Origin: Nanobdellota archaeon | GTDB lineage: Archaea; Nanobdellota; Nanobdellia; UBA10117; ARS21 | Direction: 5' to 3' | Assembly (NCBI GenBank): GCA_014240455.1 | Contig: JAAZWY010000001.1 | Span: forward strand, 9,050-73,049 | DNA: 64,000 nucleotides | Shown here: positions 55,739-64,000 of the stretch, one piece after another | Numbering within the stretch: the first letter of the stretch is position 1 | How the letters are laid out: every line of letters starts with the position of its first letter | Made by a program: the position numbers and the translations under genes | Notes under the pieces: generated by a model | Told to the model about the DNA's origin: nothing | Seen by the model: only the letters and a program-made list of their open reading frames with translations | Databases searched by the model: none

Positions 55739-56626
55739 ATGCCAATGAATGTCGGGTTTGAGTATGTTAATGCTGAACAAGAATACAACGAAGCTAAAAC
55801 AACTGCTGAAAAAGTTAAGGCTTTGAAAAAGATGTTGTCAATGATTCCTAAGCACAAGGGAACAGAAAAACAACAAGCTCAGATTAAAAAACAAATTAAA
55901 AAACTTCAAGAACAGGCAGAGTTTGAAAAGAAACAAGGAAAAGGCGCAAAATCTTTTACGATTAAGAAAGAAGGTGCTGGGCAAGTTGCAATTTTTGGAA
56001 AGACAAATACTGGAAAATCAACTCTTTTGAAAATGCTTTCTGGAAAGAATGTAAAGATTGCTGAATATGAATATACAACTTCTGAACCAGTGCACAAAAT
56101 GATTACTTTTGAGAATGTCAAACTTCAAGGAATTGAAATTCCAGGAATATACGAAGGATTTTACGACAGCAAAAATGGTCGTCAGTTTTTGAGCGTTGTT
56201 CGTAATGCTGAGGTTGCAATTGTGCTTGCAGATAGTAAAGCAGATTTTGATATGATTTCTACTGAACTTGAAAAAGCAAGTATTATTTTAACCAAGACTC
56301 GTGAAAGATCAGAAGGTTTTGAAGTGAGAATTCCTTATATCAAATTATCAAAGAATAAATTTTCAACAGAAGTAATTCCAAAGCTTTGGAAAAAGATGAA
56401 CAAGATTAGAGTTCAGACAAAGACTGATGGAAAGATTGCTCCGAACCCAATTGTACTTCCAAAAAATTCAACAGTTGAAGAAGTTGCACGAATGATTCAC
56501 CAAGATTTTGTTCGAAAGTTTAGGTATGCTAAAATTGAAGGACCAAGTGCTAAATTCAAAGGCCAGCAAGTTGGTCTTGAACACAAATGTAAGGACGGAG
56601 ATATTGTTGAGGTTTTTGTAAAATGA
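55739..56626 (+). CDS. DRG/Obg-family GTPase with C-terminal TGS domain
   Basis: G1 GKTNTGKSTLL, G3/G4 context, C-terminal TGS-like CKDGDIVEVFVK. Confidence 0.7.
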   Translation: MPMNVGFEYVNAEQEYNEAKTTAEKVKALKKMLSMIPKHKGTEKQQAQIKKQIKKLQEQAEFEKKQGKGAKSFTIKKEGAGQVAIFGKTNTGKSTLLKMLSGKNVKIAEYEYTTSEPVHKMITFENVKLQGIEIPGIYEGFYDSKNGRQFLSVVRNAEVAIVLADSKADFDMISTELEKASIILTKTRERSEGFEVRIPYIKLSKNKFSTEVIPKLWKKMNKIRVQTKTDGKIAPNPIVLPKNSTVEEVARMIHQDFVRKFRYAKIEGPSAKFKGQQVGLEHKCKDGDIVEVFVK

Positions 56627-57006
56627 AAGCAAAAGGATCGAATGCTGAAAGAGAACTTGTTGCTAAATTTTGGGGCGAGGGATTTGCTTCAATTCGAGTT
56701 GCAGGTTCAGGATCTTCCCGTTTCCCATGCCCTGATGTTTTAGCAAGTAATGGTCAACGAACTATCGCTGTTGAAGCAAAGGCCACCAAGAAAGATGTTC
56801 AATATTTCAGAGAAAAACAAATTACTGAGTTGATTGAATTCTCAAGAAAGTTTGGATCCGAACCGATTCTGGCAGTTAAGTTTTCATCTCGCTGGGCATT
56901 TTTTGAATTATTCAAATTGAGACAAACTCCAAATGGAGACTATGCAGTTTCTAAAAAAGATGTTGAAGAATTAGGGATAACTTTTGATGAATTAATTTCC
57001 ACCTAG
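56623..57006 (+). CDS. hjc: Holliday junction resolvase Hjc
   Basis: 127 aa, motifs G..AERELV..L...GF...R.AGSG....PDV.A..G...AVEAKATKK...YF...Q...L..F...FG..P.LAVKF. Confidence 0.8.
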   Translation: MKAKGSNAERELVAKFWGEGFASIRVAGSGSSRFPCPDVLASNGQRTIAVEAKATKKDVQYFREKQITELIEFSRKFGSEPILAVKFSSRWAFFELFKLRQTPNGDYAVSKKDVEELGITFDELIST

Positions 57007-57249
57007 AAAATCAGCAATTTCATCTGCTGTTTGTTTTTCACCAACAAATAATAGTGTAAGAATTAATATCAATGCAAAAATTGTTGGAGATGCGATTAAA
57101 TAAGTCCAAGCCACATAACCCGTTCCCTGAACTGCTTGGTAAAAAACATAAGACATGTAAGTGAACAGAGATAAAATTGAAGCACCCAACAGAATAACCG
57201 TTGAGTAAACTACTTTGCTATTTTTCAGAACAGTTTCTTTTATGCTCAT
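56992..57249 (-). CDS. Small membrane protein (2 TM)
   Basis: 85 aa, two hydrophobic helices; stop/start-coupled to the AI-2E transporter gene. Confidence 0.35.
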   Translation of the reverse strand: MSIKETVLKNSKVVYSTVILLGASILSLFTYMSYVFYQAVQGTGYVAWTYLIASPTIFALILILTLLFVGEKQTADEIADFLGGN

Positions 57250-58190
57250 GAAATTCTCCCCAAATCTTTGAAGAATGCTGATGCGATAGATAAGATTATT
57301 GGTCCAAGAATTACTCCAATTAATCCAAGCATACTCAATCCTCCGAAGACTCCAATGAAAATTATTAGTGGATGAATGTTTGCTTTTCTTCCAAGCAATA
57401 AAGGTCGTGCAGCATAATCAAGAATGCTTCCAAGAACGAATCCGTAAACCAGTAACCCAATTCCTACAGTCATGTTTCCACTAAAGACCAGATATGCACC
57501 CACTGGACCATATAGGAAATAAGGTCCAACGATCGGTAGCAATGAAAGTAATCCGGCCAATGCTCCGGCAAGGAAAGGATATTCTAATCCGAAAATTGCA
57601 AATCCAACTCCTGCAATTATTGCTTGAATTATTCCAATCAATAAAGTTACATGTACGAAGGCATCAACGTTTTGTCTGATGTGATTAATAATTTGCATTT
57701 TCTTTCTTCGAGGGATTGGTAACGTTGCCTCTAACCAATTAGTAAATCTTTCTCCGTCACGTAGGAAATAGAATAAAGAAATAAAGAATATGAAGCTTGC
57801 AATAAATAAGCTCGGGATTTTTGAAACCAGATTTGATAATGCAGTGATGATATTTGTTGCCATAAAACCAACTATTTCTTGCATATTTGGTCCCAGAGCA
57901 CCCGATGTGCCTGCAACCCCTAAATAAATCCTCCAAACTTCATTTCTAGTGAAGGTAATACCGTAGTTTATAATAACTAACAGCAGTGCAGCAAAGAAAG
58001 CACAAATTGTGATCGCAGATAGATTTCCACCAAGCCTTTCTTTAAGTTTCAAATATGCAGGATATGAAAAATATGCGAGAATTGCCGCAAAAAGTAGTGG
58101 TGTAACAAAGTTCCAAGCCACGAAAACAGCTAAGATTGCTACGAAAACGGTTAGTCCCAATTCAGCAAGCTTGTTATCACTAATGCTCAT
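57246..58190 (-). CDS. AI-2E family (PerM/UPF0118) transporter
   Basis: 314 aa, 7-8 TM helices, glycine-rich C-terminal half typical of the family. Confidence 0.55.
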   Translation of the reverse strand: MSISDNKLAELGLTVFVAILAVFVAWNFVTPLLFAAILAYFSYPAYLKLKERLGGNLSAITICAFFAALLLVIINYGITFTRNEVWRIYLGVAGTSGALGPNMQEIVGFMATNIITALSNLVSKIPSLFIASFIFFISLFYFLRDGERFTNWLEATLPIPRRKKMQIINHIRQNVDAFVHVTLLIGIIQAIIAGVGFAIFGLEYPFLAGALAGLLSLLPIVGPYFLYGPVGAYLVFSGNMTVGIGLLVYGFVLGSILDYAARPLLLGRKANIHPLIIFIGVFGGLSMLGLIGVILGPIILSIASAFFKDLGRIS

Positions 58191-58212
58191 GTTTTTATAG
58201 CGCCTTTAGAAT

Positions 58213-58851
58213 TTATATAAGTTCTGTTAATTCTGATAAATCTGTTACAATTATATCAGGATATTCTTTTAGAAGGTCTTTGTAAGTTCTTGTTCCAACA
58301 ACTGCAATGGCCATTACATTATAATTTTTTGCCATTTGGATATCAGTTTCAGTGTCTCCAACAACTGCTTTGATTTTTGAGCCTAATGCTTTCTCTAATT
58401 TCTTTAGAGGTTCAGTACTTGGTTTACGATGCGTTACATTGTCCATACCAACGATTGCTTTGAAGAATCTTGGATTAATTTCTAACTTCTGAAGAGTTTC
58501 TACGATTGTTTTATGTTCTGCGTTTGAAGCAATTGCCAAAGTATATTTTTTGTTAAGCGCAGTCAAAGTTTTTACAATGTTGGGTTTTGCTGTCGCCTTT
58601 GTTATATCCAATAATTTGCTTTGATCTTCTGCGATTTTTTGAATTTTTCTTTGTCCAAGAGAAGGATAGATTTTATGGATAATTGTTTCTCTAAATTTTC
58701 CAAGATGTCGTTTTATGGTTCTCGCTGGAACTTTGTAAAGATTGTTTCTGGTAAAAGATTCATTATATGCATCAACTATTTCTTTAGCTGAATCGACGAG
58801 CGTTCCATCGAAGTCAAATACAATAATTTCCTTTTTTTTGAGTTTTACCAT
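58213..58851 (-). CDS. HAD-superfamily phosphatase (phosphoglycolate phosphatase-like)
   Basis: Motif I VFDFDGTLVDS, motif II S/T, motif IV GDTETD. Confidence 0.7.
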   Translation of the reverse strand: MVKLKKKEIIVFDFDGTLVDSAKEIVDAYNESFTRNNLYKVPARTIKRHLGKFRETIIHKIYPSLGQRKIQKIAEDQSKLLDITKATAKPNIVKTLTALNKKYTLAIASNAEHKTIVETLQKLEINPRFFKAIVGMDNVTHRKPSTEPLKKLEKALGSKIKAVVGDTETDIQMAKNYNVMAIAVVGTRTYKDLLKEYPDIIVTDLSELTELI

Positions 58852-58853
58852 TT

Positions 58854-59906
58854 TTATGCTTGAAATTTATATCTCAATTTAGCAATTATACCTTTTAGTC
58901 CATTTAACTTTTTGCCCGCTGGACTAGACGATGAAATTAGATTTACGATCCCCCCGCCACTTTCAACATGTTCGATTAATTCTTTGATTTCTTCAGAACC
59001 ATCAAGTCTAGAATCTGAAATTAAAATTGATTCAACTGCTCCGGCTTCTGCGGCAGCCTTTGTGTTTGAAATTCCATAAATTATTAATTCTGAATTTTTT
59101 GCAATCAATTGAAGTGCTTCATTAACTAGATCTTCTTCGCGACTCAGTTGACTATTTTTTATAATTTTATCAAGTGCATTTCCACTAATTAATTCACGAA
59201 TTCCTTCTTCACCACCAGATGAAACATCTTCAAGCTTGACTTTTGCGGCAGTTTCTGGGAAATCTTCAATTAGTTGTTTTTTTACAATTTCTTTCCAGAA
59301 TAAAGGACTACCCAATATTATTACTTCAACTTTTTTGTCATTGAATTTATCATTAATTTCTCTTGCAACTCGTTGGATATCTTTGTAACCTTGATTTTTT
59401 TGTTCTTCATAGCGCTTCTTTGATAGACGGAGAGAAATATTGCCGAGCTTAGTATATCCTGCTGCAGTTATGTGTGCAAAACTTGCTTGTTCATCATCCA
59501 AAACACAAACTAATGCCTTTGGAGCTTTTGATGCCGCTTCAGCGTCCTTCACTATTTGAATTTGATATTGTTTCCATTTATTTTTTTGTACTTCGAGTTC
59601 CGTGCCCATTCCAATTTCAATTGAATGTGCAGAGTGTAAAGCTATACCTTCGATTTCATTTTCAACAGTACCGTGGACTCTCAAGAAACGGTCAAAGTCC
59701 AATTTTGTGACCTTTACAGTGATTCTAAAGCTTTTTTTCACTGATTTTTGTCTTCCAGACGCCTCCCCTACCTTTACTTTCCGATAAGTCAGGCCCCGAA
59801 CCATATCTCCGGGCTCAATGATTTGTTTTAGAAATAGTAGATCATCAAGACTATCAATTCGAAGATTCAATTTATGGTTTTTGAGGTCTAAGCGTTGTAC
59901 TATCAT
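58854..59906 (-). CDS. pelA: Pelota/Dom34 mRNA surveillance factor
   Basis: 350 aa, eRF1-like three-domain arrangement, N-terminal beta-barrel and central/C-terminal eRF1 domains. Confidence 0.75.
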   Translation of the reverse strand: MIVQRLDLKNHKLNLRIDSLDDLLFLKQIIEPGDMVRGLTYRKVKVGEASGRQKSVKKSFRITVKVTKLDFDRFLRVHGTVENEIEGIALHSAHSIEIGMGTELEVQKNKWKQYQIQIVKDAEAASKAPKALVCVLDDEQASFAHITAAGYTKLGNISLRLSKKRYEEQKNQGYKDIQRVAREINDKFNDKKVEVIILGSPLFWKEIVKKQLIEDFPETAAKVKLEDVSSGGEEGIRELISGNALDKIIKNSQLSREEDLVNEALQLIAKNSELIIYGISNTKAAAEAGAVESILISDSRLDGSEEIKELIEHVESGGGIVNLISSSSPAGKKLNGLKGIIAKLRYKFQA

Positions 59907-59938
59907 ACGTTTTTGAACAAAAACTATATATTAAAAGC

Positions 59939-61114
59939 TTGTTAGTCCATATCATGTCCATTGGCCGAAAAGGGAAGACCGAAGTTAGCCCTACGGGAGC
60001 TGTATTGCTCTTAATTATACTTGCAGGTTTTTTGTTATTTATTCTATCTTTACCTCAAGCAGATCGAGATGATATTTTGGATCAATTAGAGTCTGCAACT
60101 TCAGAAGTACTTTTTGAAGAAACTCCTGGAGCTGTAGAAACTGCTACGGGTTCCAGTAGCACAACGCGGTACAATCTTGCAAACTTTAAACTAGACTCCG
60201 AAATGAGTTCCAGTGATACTGTTTTAGTTAGCAGTTTAGAACTATCTTCGACAGTTTTTAGCGATGATAGCAATATTTATTCATTTGTTCCAGAGTGGAC
60301 CGTAGATACAATTGGAATGAGTTTCAGCACCTTTATTCAAAATTATGTGGGCAATGGACAGATTGTTATTTTGTTAAATGGTGCAGAAGTATATTCAGGA
60401 ACACCGATTGTTGGAAATGTATTACGAGTAAATTTACCAGCTTCAGGAATGTTTCAAGGAACTAACACTTTGGAGATAGTATTAGATAAACAAGGTGCTA
60501 ATATTTTCAGTTCCACAAAACTTGGGCTAACTGAAGTGTCGCTCAGAACCGATTCAGTTGGAAAGGACTTAGTTAGCAATTTTAACTTTGATATTGATCG
60601 AGGAGAATTAGTTTCAGGAACTTATACTGCAGTTATTAGAAAATCAGGTGCATCAGTTCCACTTCAGATTGAGCTCAATGACGAAAATATTTATTCCGAA
60701 GTTCCACTATCAACAATTTTGACTGTTCCAATTTCAGCAGATCTGTTTAATAGCGGAGATAATTTATTATCTTTCAGTATCGGTGAAGGCGTATCTTATG
60801 AAGTACTTTATTCAGATTTGATTGTTAAATCTCGTTCTGTTGAGAGTGCTGATGAATATTTCTTCAGAATTGATCGAAGTCAGGCCAGAAGAATAATTAA
60901 TGGCCGGGCAGATTGTCTTCTTGAAATCTTTAAAGAAGGAGGCGTATCTGATGAAGTTGTTGTTGATTTGAATGGATTTGTAAGTACACACTCAATTCGC
61001 GCAGGAAGGGTTTCATTCGAAGTTTGTGACAATCTAATTTATGGAGGAAATACAATTTCATTCGCTTCCGACGAGGAATTAACTCTAAGTTCGGCGAGAT
61101 TGAGTTTGGTTTAA
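59939..61114 (+). CDS. Membrane-anchored extracellular protein (N-terminal TM, beta-rich ectodomain)
   Basis: TM AVLLLIILAGFLLFILSL after a basic N-terminus; beta-rich ectodomain. Confidence 0.5.
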   Translation: MLVHIMSIGRKGKTEVSPTGAVLLLIILAGFLLFILSLPQADRDDILDQLESATSEVLFEETPGAVETATGSSSTTRYNLANFKLDSEMSSSDTVLVSSLELSSTVFSDDSNIYSFVPEWTVDTIGMSFSTFIQNYVGNGQIVILLNGAEVYSGTPIVGNVLRVNLPASGMFQGTNTLEIVLDKQGANIFSSTKLGLTEVSLRTDSVGKDLVSNFNFDIDRGELVSGTYTAVIRKSGASVPLQIELNDENIYSEVPLSTILTVPISADLFNSGDNLLSFSIGEGVSYEVLYSDLIVKSRSVESADEYFFRIDRSQARRIINGRADCLLEIFKEGGVSDEVVVDLNGFVSTHSIRAGRVSFEVCDNLIYGGNTISFASDEELTLSSARLSLV

Positions 61115-61115
61115 T

Positions 61116-62999
61116 ATGGCAGAGTCTACGGGTACGACACCTGACGATAAGAAATGGTTTGGTATCGGAAGCGCACCGAAGTCTATTTTCAAAGCCGGAA
61201 TATATACTTTAGTAATTTTCTTCTTTGCAGTTATCGGTTATAATTTCGGAGCACCATTAATTTGGTTTACTTATGTAGCAAACTTTTTTTGGGAAGTATT
61301 CAATTTGATTGCTGGATGGATTGGTGTTCCAGGCATTTCTCCATTTTTCCTTGATTACGCATATGTTGCAGTAAAGAACGGTTCTGGATTTATTCTTAAT
61401 GGTGTGTTTGGTTGGTGGCTTGTTCGAAACTTTGTTAGTGGAACTGATAAAAAATCCAGTGCTAAAAACTTAACAAGCAACTTGTTTAATGTTTTCATAA
61501 TTTTTCCATTGATTTGGATTTTTTTGAGTTTAGTTATTACGACCGTTTATACAGGTTACATTCCCTTTGCAGATACAACAATAAGTCCTTCGGTTTGTGA
61601 TATTCAAAATTCTGTTCAAGTCTCTTTGGGATTGAGTTCAGTATCTTGTGATATATCTTCAATAACTGCAGCCATTGAAAGACAAGAAGAAGAGGCAGAA
61701 TTTGCGGCAGCGACAGGAACGGGAATTTTGGGGCGAATATTCTCTCCAATTATTGATGCAACTGGTGCTGGAAGAGTATTCAAATCACAAGACGTAGTAG
61801 ATGAGAGAGTTATTAATTCAGACGCAGGATCTACATTATCTGATTTGCGCGCCCCGAAATTGAGTTACACCGCAAATAACCGTGTTGCAGAAGATATTAA
61901 GATATTGGCAAATATTGATGCCAAGAATTTATTCTTAAATCAACCAGGAAATTCTAAGATTGAAGTCAAGATTGGTCCAAGCATTTCAGATTCTCAATGT
62001 AAATGTACCGGATTTAGTTGTTTAGCTGAGGAGATAAATGATCCATTCTATGCGCTTGACCCGTTAGAAGATAATCCGCTCGAATTTAATGTTGATAATG
62101 TTGAAGCTTGGTGTGGAGAAAAGTGGACGTGCGGAATTAGTGGAATCGCTGAAGATGACGTAGTTGCACCAAACACATTTAACTTAGGAAGCGGATTCCA
62201 CCAAGAAATTACTTGCGTACGTCCCGGACTTTCATTAAGTGAAGAAATATTTGTTGATGAAACTACAGGTGATGTTAAATACGACGGACTTGGAAAACCA
62301 TTCTATGTTGATGTAGATTTTTCATATGAGGGAACTGCTGCAGCAAATAAACAATTATTTGTAATTGATAAGAATGTTGCACGACAAGAAGAAGATCCAA
62401 TTACAGCATTAGATTTACAAGAATTCATAATTTCTAATTCTTACAATGATGGAAGAGTAACTTTGGGAATTGGAACCGATACTTTGTATGAATTTGTAAC
62501 TCCAACTTATGATGAAGATTTCTCTTCAGATGTTCTTGAGCTTGGATTAAGTTTCAAAGTAAATAGATATCCTGGTGGTTATTCTGCAGAAGTAAGAAAA
62601 GTTACATTATGGGTCCAAGTACTTGATGATTCAATAGACTTTGTTTGTGGAAATGAAGGGTTACCAATAAAGAATGAGATTACGAATTATGAATGGAAAG
62701 TTCTAGATCCTTGCGAGATTGGTGAACGGAGCGGAAACTTCATTTATGAAGGACCTGATGAGACGGAAAGTTATCACAAGTTTGTTATAGATGCTGAAAA
62801 CGCAGATGATCTCGGAGCAAGAACCGAATTGAATGTTGGAGAATTTGCTAATTATGATATAGATATGTTTATTCCTTCAGAAGTACTGGCCGGAGCCAGT
62901 TATCAAGGTATTTTGATAGAGTCTGAAGTTGAATATACTTATACTACGCGAGACGATGTATTAATTAGAGTGACACACGATGAATTTGTTGAAGATTGA
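61116..62999 (+). CDS. Polytopic membrane protein with large Cys-containing extracellular domain
   Basis: Four predicted N-terminal TM helices, then about 450-aa domain with paired Cys (CKCTGFSC, WCGEKWTCG). ATG overlaps the stop of the preceding gene. Confidence 0.5.
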   Translation: MAESTGTTPDDKKWFGIGSAPKSIFKAGIYTLVIFFFAVIGYNFGAPLIWFTYVANFFWEVFNLIAGWIGVPGISPFFLDYAYVAVKNGSGFILNGVFGWWLVRNFVSGTDKKSSAKNLTSNLFNVFIIFPLIWIFLSLVITTVYTGYIPFADTTISPSVCDIQNSVQVSLGLSSVSCDISSITAAIERQEEEAEFAAATGTGILGRIFSPIIDATGAGRVFKSQDVVDERVINSDAGSTLSDLRAPKLSYTANNRVAEDIKILANIDAKNLFLNQPGNSKIEVKIGPSISDSQCKCTGFSCLAEEINDPFYALDPLEDNPLEFNVDNVEAWCGEKWTCGISGIAEDDVVAPNTFNLGSGFHQEITCVRPGLSLSEEIFVDETTGDVKYDGLGKPFYVDVDFSYEGTAAANKQLFVIDKNVARQEEDPITALDLQEFIISNSYNDGRVTLGIGTDTLYEFVTPTYDEDFSSDVLELGLSFKVNRYPGGYSAEVRKVTLWVQVLDDSIDFVCGNEGLPIKNEITNYEWKVLDPCEIGERSGNFIYEGPDETESYHKFVIDAENADDLGARTELNVGEFANYDIDMFIPSEVLAGASYQGILIESEVEYTYTTRDDVLIRVTHDEFVED

Positions 63000-63050
63000 A
63001 GGTGGAAAGTTGAACATAACATATAAAAATGAGGGGGGCTTCACTAGAAC

Positions 63051-64000
63051 ATGAAGAAGCTTCACGTATTTGTAATTATATTAATAGTATTTTTGAGCGG
63101 TTGTACTGCTGATGAATCGGCTGAGACTCCAACTGCAAATTATGTTGGATTGGTTACAAGCGTTTATGCAGATTCATTACCAAGCACTTTATACGAAGGA
63201 GACCAACTATTTTTACAATTACAAGTTGAAAACCAAGGAGATTATGATGTTGAAAGTGGCAATTATTGGATGAACATAAAAGGAATTAATCCTGATGCCT
63301 TTAAAGGATTAGTTGAGGACGATTTGACAAAGACTTCCGGCACAAAGTTATTTTCATTAGGAGACTTTGGTAATGATACTATTGTTCGAGGTCAAGAAGT
63401 ATTTACAATTGGGAATACTTTCATGTATTGTAACGACATTGATAATGATTTGAGTTTAAATCTTCATGCTAAATCTTGTTATGATTATGGAACAACTTCT
63501 GAGATTTCAGCGTGTTTCATAAAATCCACAGCTACAGGTGGTGACGAAGTTTGTTTAGTTTCAGAATTTAAACCTGTAACAAATAGTATTGCGCCTCTTG
63601 CAATTACTGAAATTGCTGAAAGTGTTGCGGGATCCTCAGCAGTTAGATTCAGAGTAAAGGTTGAAAATCTTGGAAAAGGAACAGTATTTGATAAATATGC
63701 TGAGACAGATATTCCAACAACTCTGAGTAAATGTGACACTTTAAGACGTGATCAAGAAAATGTAGTTTATATTGAGAGTATTACTTTGGATGGAAATCCA
63801 ATGAATCTGGATTATGAAGGCGGTGTTGAGCAGTTAGATAATGGTAGAGATCGTTTCAGACTTGACTCAACAGGTGCTGGAAGATTCTCATTCACAACTA
63901 TAACAACCGGACTTGATTTTGTAGGCAATGTTGAAATTAAATTGAGCTATGGTTACTCTGAAACAGATATTTTCAGAACTACAATTCAAGCTTTGTCAGA
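63051..64000 (+). CDS. Putative lipoprotein (lipobox-like LSGC), 3'-partial at the window end
   Basis: Manual frame from ATG 63051 has no stop to nt 64000. Signal peptide MKKLHVFVIILIVFLSGC followed by an acidic mature N-terminus. Confidence 0.5.
   Translation, partial: MKKLHVFVIILIVFLSGCTADESAETPTANYVGLVTSVYADSLPSTLYEGDQLFLQLQVENQGDYDVESGNYWMNIKGINPDAFKGLVEDDLTKTSGTKLFSLGDFGNDTIVRGQEVFTIGNTFMYCNDIDNDLSLNLHAKSCYDYGTTSEISACFIKSTATGGDEVCLVSEFKPVTNSIAPLAITEIAESVAGSSAVRFRVKVENLGKGTVFDKYAETDIPTTLSKCDTLRRDQENVVYIESITLDGNPMNLDYEGGVEQLDNGRDRFRLDSTGAGRFSFTTITTGLDFVGNVEIKLSYGYSETDIFRTTIQALS

Noticed and set aside
63485-63739. 84-aa minus-strand ORF
   Set aside because: Antisense to the open lipoprotein reading frame that runs to the window end.
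1-64000. CRISPR arrays, cas genes, transposases/IS elements
   Set aside because: No regularly spaced direct repeats and no Cas- or transposase-like ORFs detected by eye on either strand.

Overview
AT-rich (~33% GC), very gene-dense archaeal chromosome segment. Gene content and synteny look like a small-genome archaeon, possibly DPANN-like: archaeal r-proteins, aIF2beta, aIF6, TBP, MCM, RFC, Hjc, Pelota, Kae1, deoxyhypusine synthase, SRP54/FtsY. Most of the window is information-processing backbone. The MCM/TBP/IleRS/RFC block sits at 14.5-25.5 kb. ftsZ-mazG-secE-spt5-L11 is at 30-32.8 kb. AlaRS and an inverted L1-L10-P1 block are at 33-38.4 kb. The conserved rpoE'-spt4-S24e-S27ae and S19e-L39e-L31e-aIF6-pfdA-ftsY-SRP54-L21e-rpoF-DUF655 clusters are at 45.5-53.6 kb. 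RNA genes found: tRNA-Gln(CUG), tRNA-Ser(GCU), tRNA-Phe(GAA), a probable SRP (7S) RNA in a GC-rich ORF-free island at about 25.55-25.81 kb, and a second unidentified GC-rich structured RNA candidate at about 54.5-54.83 kb. Accessory content sits at the edges and in a few islands: (i) 1-9.9 kb, nine co-directional secreted or membrane-anchored proteins (sequon-rich beta-helix protein, Thr/Asn/Gly-rich proteins with paralogous signal peptides and C-terminal TM anchors), a tandem-duplicated small protein preceded by GTTAAC repeats, a wHTH regulator preceded by an 11-bp-phased GTTAAAC array, and a XerA-type tyrosine recombinase next to a 330-bp extremely AT-rich region carrying TTTCAATATT repeats; (ii) a Cys-rich repeat secreted protein at 12.7-13.9 kb; (iii) an orphan HerA/FtsK-like ATPase with a C-terminal wHTH extension at 38.4-40.6 kb; (iv) a second surface-protein cluster at 59.9-64 kb that runs off the window. 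The most unusual single gene is a 48-aa Spt4 homologue that keeps the Spt5-binding C-terminal half but has no zinc-ribbon cysteines. No CRISPR array, transposase or obvious defence operon was seen.
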